Shown piece after piece: positions 7,540-14,858 of a stretch of DNA of 36,229 nt (its first letter is position 1; every line of letters starts with the position of its first letter). The DNA lies in the IMG/VR virus record IMGVR_UViG_3300030376_004563, positions 1 through 36,229 of that record; one strand, 5' to 3'. The notes under the pieces were generated by a model. The model was not told the DNA's origin. It saw only the letters and a program-made list of their open reading frames with translations, and searched no databases. The translations under genes were made by a program, and so were the position numbers. The stretch comes from a virus (lineage: Duplodnaviria; Caudoviricetes).

Positions 7540-10500
7540 ATGAAAGTAAGAATAAAGAAACTTCCAAGAAGCTATAAATTACAAGGACGTAAACTTGTTA
7601 AAAAATCACATGGTGGTAGAACTGGTGATCAATTTGATTATGGTTTAACTGGTTTACCAGGAGATATGGTGGGTGGACATTTTCATAATGATATGGTTCC
7701 AACTAGAGTAAATAATACACTAGGACCTATTCCTAGAGAACAAGCTAATGTTGAAGCAGAAGCAGGTGAAACTGCTTTAACAGATCTAAATCAAGATGGT
7801 ACATTTGAATTATATAACATAAGTGGTAATAGACATAGCAGTGGAGGTACACCTTTAAACTTACCAGAACAATCATTTATATATTCTGATACAAGAGCAA
7901 TGAAGCTAAATAAAGCAGAGTTAGCTGAATTAGGAATAGAATCTAAAAAGAAATTAACTCCTGCTGATGTTTCAAAAAAATTCCCATTAAATAAATATTA
8001 TGAAACATTAGATAATGTAGATGGATCTGATCATATTGCAATAGATACGGCAGAGTCTATGTTAGAAACAAATAAATTAAAACTATCTCATTTAGCATAT
8101 TTACAAGAAGCTAAGAAAAGTTTTGATGAAGGAGTTCCTTCAGCGGCTTTTCCATATCTTAAAAAGAAAGGAATTGATCCTATAGAGTTTACTGCAAAAA
8201 TAGAAGGGATAAGCAAAGAAGAGGCAGAGATGAAACAAATAATGTCAATGCCTGTTGATGTACAACAAAAAGTAATGCAGCTTAAAGAGATGATTGCAAT
8301 GGCTGATCAACAAGCACAACAGCCACCACAAGTAGGTCCTCAAGGAGAACCAATGCAAGGTCCACCTCAAGGAATGGCTCAAGGTATGCCTCCACAAGGA
8401 CCTCCACAAGGTATGCCTCCTCAAGGTATGATGCCTCCTCCAGAGATGATGGCTAGATATGGTGGATATGTTCCTAATTATTATGCATATGGTGGAGATC
8501 TTCCACAAGCAGGATGGGGTAAAAGTTTATTAGATTGGGGTCAAGGTGCGCTATCTGTTGCTGGTATGGTTCCAGGTGTAGGTTTAATTGCTGATGCTGC
8601 TAATACTGCTATATCAGGTGGTAGAGCTGCTTATGCTGGTTATACAGGTGATAAAGAAGGTCAGAAAAAACATTTAGGTAATATGGCTCTTAATGCTACA
8701 GCTATGATACCAGGTGTTGGACAAATAGCTACAGCAGGTAAGGCTGGTAAAGGATTTATGGCAGCTGCTAAAACAAAAACTCTTGGTAAAACTGCTGGTC
8801 TAGTTGGAGATTTTAGTAAAGGTACAGCAGCAGGACTAAAAGAAACAGGTAAAAATCTTGGAAAAACATATGGAAAGAAAGTTACAGAAACATTGTCAGG
8901 TGATCTTGCTCAGGGTGTAAATTTAGGTAAGAAGGGAATAGCTGCAGTTGATGAGACAACTGGAACTGTAGATACATTAGCTGGAACAGATATAGGAACA
9001 GATATTGGAGGATCAGTTAAAAAAGGTATAGGTACAGGAATAGTTGCTGCAGCAGATACAGTAACAGGCGGAGGTACTGAGCAACCTCAATTAGCAGATA
9101 ATGCTACTGATCCTGTAACACAACAAAATACAACAGAACAAGTTACTGATCCATCAACTGGAGGAGTAGAAGAAACAGTTGCATCTACTGCAGAAGCAAC
9201 ACAAGAAGCAGAACAATCAGCTACACCAGAAGCAACAACTGTATCAGCAACTACACCAAGTATGGAAGCTGAATCAGAAGAAATGACTCTTAATGATCAA
9301 GAAGAAGAAGAAGCTCCTGCTGAAGATGTTGTTGCAGATTCTTCAGATATGGAAGAAGAAGCTGAAGAAGAAATGGCATATGAACCACAATCAGGAGGAG
9401 AAGAAGAAGAGTATGTACCACAATCTCAAAGAGCTATGTATGGAGGAGATCCATTTGCACAAAATGATTTAAGAGAGTTTATATACGGTGGTGTACCTAA
9501 GTATCAAAACGGTTCAGAAGTTGCATTACATGAATCAGGAGTAAGTCAAACACAAGCAGATGCTTGGTTAACTCAAGGATATAGTTATGGAGATACTGAT
9601 GGTGATGGAAATAAAGAATGGACACATCCTAACTATTCTCAAAGTGAAATAAACAATCAAGTTAGAGATGCAAAGACACACGTTGTTACAGGAACGCAAG
9701 GTGTGGGTGATGAAGGTATAGAAGATTATCAAGGAGGAAGAGGTAGAGAAGATGGTGATGGATATGTTTATACAGGTGCTGAAGGAGATGAATTTGATTA
9801 TGATGACTTTATGTCAAGACATGGAAATCTTATTGGAGAAATAGATGCGGATGGAGATGGTGTTCCAGATTATCAAGATACAGAATTTGATATATATAAT
9901 GCAGAACATACAGGTGCTTTTCAAGATGCATATAATGCTAAATTAGTAGAGAGATATGAAAATGATCCAACATTACAAGAAGAATATGATAGTGCTGATG
10001 CTTACTTAGAAGCTACAGGAGGATTTCATGGAGAAGGTAAAACAGCTGCAGATGATATGTTTGGAGAATATACATATAGTAGAACTTCATTAGATGAGTT
10101 TCCAGAAGAAGAGGAAGAAGATCCTTGTCCACCAGAAGTAAAAGAAACTAAAATGGCAGAATGCGCTGAACAAGGTTTACCATTTGATGAAGCAGCATGT
10201 GACTGTGGGCAAGCTGCAGAATCAGATTGTGAAAATGAAGAAGAGAAAAAAGCACAATGTGATGAAGAAGGTGGTGTATGGGATAGTGCAAATTGTGTTT
10301 GTCAAGCAGGTCCAGAAGATGTAGAAGAAACTGATGAAGCTGATCCAGAGTTTTGGTTACAAGACAGATTGGGTATAATGAATGCTATAGATAACAAATT
10401 CAGAATAAAGAAAAGATATCCATGGACTCCAATAGAGGAATCACAATCAATAGACCCTGTATTCCAGGATCCTACAAGAGCAATTGCTGCTATAGGGGAG

Positions 10501-11217
10501 CAAGCTAATGCGGCTGCCCAAACAGCTTCAGCATTCTCAGGACCACAAAGAGCAGCTGCTGTCCAAGCTAAAGCTCAAGGTGCAGCCGCTGAACAAATTG
10601 CAAATGTTTCTGCACAAGTACAAGGTGCTAATGTAGGCATTGCAAATGATGCACAAAAAACAAACGCAATGTTTGCAGCTGATACTGAGAGAGTTAATAA
10701 GGCTAATCTTAAGAAATTGTATGATGATACAATGTTAGTTGAACAAAATTATGATAACGCTATTTCTAAAGCTAATACTGAATTAACAAAACAAATTCAG
10801 AATGCATATACAAATAGAGCAGATACACATAATCTTAATTCATTATATCCTCAATTTAATATAGATCCTAGAACAGGTGGTTTAATTGAGCTTACAAATG
10901 AAAGAACTAATGAGCCTACTCAAAGATCTGATGGAGATAAAGCAGCAGAATATAAGCAATTAATAGCACAATGTGCAGATAGTAATGCAAGTGGAACGTG
11001 TCCAGATGATATGCAGAAAGTAATTTGGAAGCAAGTTTATGGTTCTGGTGGAGGATCTACAACTACTACTGATGATAGCTGGAAAGATGTAGCTTTAAAT
11101 CAAGGAACAGAACCGGTTCAACAGAGGTTTGGAGGAGAAAGAAAGATGAGATTAAACAAAAAAGCAAAACAATTAAGGAAATGGTTCTCACCTTTACAAG
11201 GAAAAAATGCATATTAA
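7540..11217 (+). CDS. crAss-like virion cargo/internal protein, 1225 aa, mosaic and low-complexity
   Basis: N-terminal NVEAEAGE...GNRHSSGG...SFIYSD motif that I recognise from crAss-like structural modules. It also has PQGM repeats, a pre-toxin-TG-like hairpin, acidic tracts, Cys repeats and an Ala/Gln-rich helical C-terminus, and sits upstream of the giant RNAP gene. Confidence 0.7.
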   Translation: MKVRIKKLPRSYKLQGRKLVKKSHGGRTGDQFDYGLTGLPGDMVGGHFHNDMVPTRVNNTLGPIPREQANVEAEAGETALTDLNQDGTFELYNISGNRHSSGGTPLNLPEQSFIYSDTRAMKLNKAELAELGIESKKKLTPADVSKKFPLNKYYETLDNVDGSDHIAIDTAESMLETNKLKLSHLAYLQEAKKSFDEGVPSAAFPYLKKKGIDPIEFTAKIEGISKEEAEMKQIMSMPVDVQQKVMQLKEMIAMADQQAQQPPQVGPQGEPMQGPPQGMAQGMPPQGPPQGMPPQGMMPPPEMMARYGGYVPNYYAYGGDLPQAGWGKSLLDWGQGALSVAGMVPGVGLIADAANTAISGGRAAYAGYTGDKEGQKKHLGNMALNATAMIPGVGQIATAGKAGKGFMAAAKTKTLGKTAGLVGDFSKGTAAGLKETGKNLGKTYGKKVTETLSGDLAQGVNLGKKGIAAVDETTGTVDTLAGTDIGTDIGGSVKKGIGTGIVAAADTVTGGGTEQPQLADNATDPVTQQNTTEQVTDPSTGGVEETVASTAEATQEAEQSATPEATTVSATTPSMEAESEEMTLNDQEEEEAPAEDVVADSSDMEEEAEEEMAYEPQSGGEEEEYVPQSQRAMYGGDPFAQNDLREFIYGGVPKYQNGSEVALHESGVSQTQADAWLTQGYSYGDTDGDGNKEWTHPNYSQSEINNQVRDAKTHVVTGTQGVGDEGIEDYQGGRGREDGDGYVYTGAEGDEFDYDDFMSRHGNLIGEIDADGDGVPDYQDTEFDIYNAEHTGAFQDAYNAKLVERYENDPTLQEEYDSADAYLEATGGFHGEGKTAADDMFGEYTYSRTSLDEFPEEEEEDPCPPEVKETKMAECAEQGLPFDEAACDCGQAAESDCENEEEKKAQCDEEGGVWDSANCVCQAGPEDVEETDEADPEFWLQDRLGIMNAIDNKFRIKKRYPWTPIEESQSIDPVFQDPTRAIAAIGEQANAAAQTASAFSGPQRAAAVQAKAQGAAAEQIANVSAQVQGANVGIANDAQKTNAMFAADTERVNKANLKKLYDDTMLVEQNYDNAISKANTELTKQIQNAYTNRADTHNLNSLYPQFNIDPRTGGLIELTNERTNEPTQRSDGDKAAEYKQLIAQCADSNASGTCPDDMQKVIWKQVYGSGGGSTTTTDDSWKDVALNQGTEPVQQRFGGERKMRLNKKAKQLRKWFSPLQGKNAY
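8317..8443 (+). repeat. Pro-Gln-Gly-Met coding repeats
   Basis: QQPPQVGPQGEPMQGPPQGMAQGMPPQGPPQGMPPQGMMPPP, with recurring CAAGGT/CAAGGA and CCTCC units in the DNA. Confidence 0.85.
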
Positions 11218-11263
11218 ACTTGAAAAGTGTATTATGATAACTTTTAAAACTTAAAAAATTTTA
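11215..11263. promoter_or_regulatory. Two related imperfect palindromes in the longest intergenic gap of the virion module
   Basis: TAAACTT-GAA-AAGTGTA (11215-11231) and TAAAACTT-AAA-AAATTTTA (11245-11263), each with one mismatch. The shared core AAACTTnAAAAnT recurs 31 bp apart. Confidence 0.35.
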
Positions 11264-11276
11264 TTAATTTTAAACT

Positions 11277-14200
11277 ATGGCAACATATATACCAGGAGCG
11301 GAAGATTTTATACCTCAGTTGGATACTTTTACACCCAACTATAAGTTTCTTCAAGACGTATTAGAGGTAAGACAAGATAGATATACTAGCAACTATAATC
11401 TTTTAAATGATTTATGGGGGGATGTAGTATATGCCGACCTGGGTAGAGAAGACAATAGAAAAGTAAGAGATCAATATTCCAATCAGCTTAGTGAAAAAAT
11501 GAAACAAGTTAGTGGTATGGATCTTTCTCTACAGCAAAATATTGAAGCTGCTAAAGGTCTATTCAAACCATTCTATGAAAATAAAAATATTGTTGGTGAC
11601 TTAGCTAGAACAAAGCAATATAAGAAGGAACAACAAAGAATGAACACCTACAAAACTAATCCTCAAGAATTTGAAAGAAAAAAGTTTTGGCAAGATGGTG
11701 AAAAATATATGAACTATCTGTATCAAGACTTTATTGAAGCAGATGCTAAGGAAGCTTTAGGTAAACCCTTTCCAACATATATAGAAAATCCTAATGTTGT
11801 AGATAGATCTATTGAATTATTAAAAGAGAAAGGTTTAAGTATAGAAAGAACTACCATACAAGGTGATTACTTCTTAACGGAAATAGGAGGAAATCTTTTG
11901 TTAAATCAGATAGATACTTATGATCCTGAAACAGATACCTATACTACAAGGAATCCTGCAAAATCTATGTTAAAAAATCTTTTATTACAAGATCCTTTAA
12001 TTATGAGAGCATATGCTGCACAAGCTGAAGTTAGAGCAAGAGAGTTTGCTGATGATCCTCAGAATCTACAAAAGTATGGAACTAAAGAAGCTGCAATGGC
12101 AGGATGGGCTAAAGATGTAATGGGAATATCATTAGATCAACAAACTATAGAAGTAGCTGAAACAAATACTTGGATAGAGCAAATGGCAAATGATGCAGAG
12201 GCATGGGAAAAATATCAGAAAAAATATAAACTTACCCCTGCAGAAATAGAAGTATTTAATAAAAAGATTAATGATCTTAAAATGCTAAGGGATGCAAATA
12301 AGACTGCACAAAAATCTATAGTAAATCAAAAGGGCCCAACTGATGATCATAATTCATTAATGGGTAAAGCATATGAATCTTATATGCGTATGGTAATAGA
12401 TGAAAAACTTACTGAAGCTGCAAAAGAATATGCAGACTTAGGTGCTAAGACTGAAATCAAACATGATCCAATGGCTTTAGCTAGAAATAAACATAATTAT
12501 AATATGTCTAGAGATTGGCAAAAGCATCAATATAAATTACAAGAAATAGAATGGAGAGCTAAATTTAAAGGAGATGGTTCTAAAGGTGGTGCAGGTACAT
12601 CAGGTAATGGTTGGGATTTATTAGATCCAAATGGTGTTACAGTATATAGTTCAGAATTAACAGGAGGAGATATTGATAAAAGTATTTTAGATGGAACAGG
12701 TTATTTTGAATATGTAGATAATTACTTTAATGATCAAGAATCAGAATTAGATTCAGAAATGTGGGCATATATTGAAGGATCATACTTAGGATCTAATACA
12801 ATCAAAGGAATGCTTAATCATAAATCTGATAGTCCAGAGATTATTGATAATACTAAAATTGCATATACAATTGATGGTAAAGAATATTTTACAGATCTTA
12901 AAACTGCAAAAGAAAAATTACTATCAGAAGGAGGCAATGCAGAATTAAATAGAATCTTTAGTTCTGTAATGAATAAACGACAAAGTTTTGAAGTTAATAA
13001 TAGTAATTCACCTGTACCTAAAGATCCATCATTAGCTCAAGATTCTGAGTTACAAAAATGGATGGTGAATATGGAAGAATCCGTACAAGATAGAGAAGCT
13101 TTAATTGAAGAAGGTGTAAATAAGTATTATGATTCTATCATGAATGCAACTAATCATGTTTTTCAATCAGACCCTGATTGGAAGGCAGATAATGAAAGAT
13201 ATCATTTTCCTAATTTAGCTATGCCTGAAGGTGTTATTAAATTATTATCTAATCCAGATTTTGGATTATTAATGGATGATCCAACTAATACTGCAATGAA
13301 CGTTAGCTGGAGAGAGTTTTTAAAAGATCCTCAAAAGTTTGGTATAGATGATCCAAATCTTAGTGTAGAAGAAATAATGAGTACTCCTGTTAGAAGGCTT
13401 AGTAAAGATGAATGGATTCAAATATATATGAATCAAGCTAAAGGGGGTAATATGTTTGGAGAGTGGTTAAATAACTCTAATGAAACATGGAGACAAGGAG
13501 GATTTAATGGTACTAGTGGAGAAAATTATCCTAATGCCAGAAAAGATAGAGATCAAATTCCAGAGCTTGCAGGAATAAGAGGAGAGTTTTGGAAGCTAAA
13601 TAAAAATTATGAATTATATCCACCAAAAGATGGAGGTGGACTTAACTATTTAATGAATCAATATGCTAATGCAATTGCAAATGATGAGACTGCAAGAGCA
13701 ATGGAGTTTCAAAGACAATTAATAGGTTACTATCAATTTGATGAAGCATCTGCTAAACAAGCTGCTGAAGCTGATTGGGAAGTATTAAATGAAAGAATAA
13801 ATACAGGGATGACTGGTGTAGCTTCAGGAGGTCAAGGAGGAACTCCTACATTTGATCCTGCAGCATACTTTATGGGGGTATCTCAAGAAGGTTCTGGTTT
13901 AAATATACCACGGCAATTTGAAATATCATTTAATGCTAAAGATAATAGAAATCCTCAAGCATTAAATGAAATGAGAAATATATTAGGAAATCTTACTCAA
14001 TATGGTGATGAAATTATAGTTCAATTTGGTGATGATGTTTTAGGTTTTCCAGAAGATTTGGCAAGTAATCCAAGAGCAAAAGAAATAGCTTTAGATTTAA
14101 TTTCTAAACATAAAAATGGAATGAAGGATAAAACAGAAGGAAGACTTGATTATACTATTAGATATGTAGAAACTATTCAAAGTGAAGATGCGATGGAAGC

Positions 14201-14855
14201 TAATCCTGATCATAATGGATATGCTGCATATGTTATTGATTTTGGTGATAGTTATGCAGCTAAACATATTACAGGTGCAAATAAAATATTAAATGCTTCT
14301 GATAATGCAGTTGCTACAGATAGAGATTCTTTTATGAGTGATGGAAATAGTATGACTGTTTTTATACCTAAACAATATGACAATAGTGTTTTCTCTAGTA
14401 AAGCTAATACACCTGATGCATGGGAAATAAGATTAGAAGCAAACGGTTCTGTTGAACAAATAGTTCAGAATGGTGGAAAGTATAAATTATTTAATGATTC
14501 TAGTGGAAATAGAATGGTTGAAATAACACCAATGTTTTATAATGGACAAACAGGTAATATAGAATGGTCAGAATCATACATAGAAAGAGTGGGTATTGAT
14601 GATTACAATGTTAAAAAATTATTATCAGGATATAACGATAGATTAGCAATAATTGCTGATAATAATATTAAAAATAGAAATCAGTCTAGCAAGTCAAGAA
14701 CTAATGAAGAAGATCAAGGGTTATATACTTTAGATTCTTTTCCAGGTTTACCAGCTGATAGATTACAATGGGCTGTTAATATGACACAAAGAGGTTATAC
14801 TTGGGATCCTAATTCTGGAACAATGGTTAAGGCACCATCTGTTCCACAAAACTAA
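11277..14855 (+). CDS. crAss-like virion cargo/ejection protein, 1192 aa, function unknown
   Basis: Long ORF with a helical/coiled-coil N-terminal third (MATYIPG...FTPNYKFL) and a Gly linker (GDGSKGGAGTSGNG). It ends 3 nt before the RNAP gene. I saw no catalytic motif. Confidence 0.65.
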   Translation: MATYIPGAEDFIPQLDTFTPNYKFLQDVLEVRQDRYTSNYNLLNDLWGDVVYADLGREDNRKVRDQYSNQLSEKMKQVSGMDLSLQQNIEAAKGLFKPFYENKNIVGDLARTKQYKKEQQRMNTYKTNPQEFERKKFWQDGEKYMNYLYQDFIEADAKEALGKPFPTYIENPNVVDRSIELLKEKGLSIERTTIQGDYFLTEIGGNLLLNQIDTYDPETDTYTTRNPAKSMLKNLLLQDPLIMRAYAAQAEVRAREFADDPQNLQKYGTKEAAMAGWAKDVMGISLDQQTIEVAETNTWIEQMANDAEAWEKYQKKYKLTPAEIEVFNKKINDLKMLRDANKTAQKSIVNQKGPTDDHNSLMGKAYESYMRMVIDEKLTEAAKEYADLGAKTEIKHDPMALARNKHNYNMSRDWQKHQYKLQEIEWRAKFKGDGSKGGAGTSGNGWDLLDPNGVTVYSSELTGGDIDKSILDGTGYFEYVDNYFNDQESELDSEMWAYIEGSYLGSNTIKGMLNHKSDSPEIIDNTKIAYTIDGKEYFTDLKTAKEKLLSEGGNAELNRIFSSVMNKRQSFEVNNSNSPVPKDPSLAQDSELQKWMVNMEESVQDREALIEEGVNKYYDSIMNATNHVFQSDPDWKADNERYHFPNLAMPEGVIKLLSNPDFGLLMDDPTNTAMNVSWREFLKDPQKFGIDDPNLSVEEIMSTPVRRLSKDEWIQIYMNQAKGGNMFGEWLNNSNETWRQGGFNGTSGENYPNARKDRDQIPELAGIRGEFWKLNKNYELYPPKDGGGLNYLMNQYANAIANDETARAMEFQRQLIGYYQFDEASAKQAAEADWEVLNERINTGMTGVASGGQGGTPTFDPAAYFMGVSQEGSGLNIPRQFEISFNAKDNRNPQALNEMRNILGNLTQYGDEIIVQFGDDVLGFPEDLASNPRAKEIALDLISKHKNGMKDKTEGRLDYTIRYVETIQSEDAMEANPDHNGYAAYVIDFGDSYAAKHITGANKILNASDNAVATDRDSFMSDGNSMTVFIPKQYDNSVFSSKANTPDAWEIRLEANGSVEQIVQNGGKYKLFNDSSGNRMVEITPMFYNGQTGNIEWSESYIERVGIDDYNVKKLLSGYNDRLAIIADNNIKNRNQSSKSRTNEEDQGLYTLDSFPGLPADRLQWAVNMTQRGYTWDPNSGTMVKAPSVPQN

Positions 14856-14858
14856 CAT

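Noticed and set aside
93-14810. 15-bp identity TATACTTGGGATCCT at 93-107 and 14796-14810 (GYTWDP in both proteins)
   Set aside because: A single short match with no flanking similarity. Such matches are expected by chance in a 36-kb AT-rich coding window, so it is not evidence linking the two halves.
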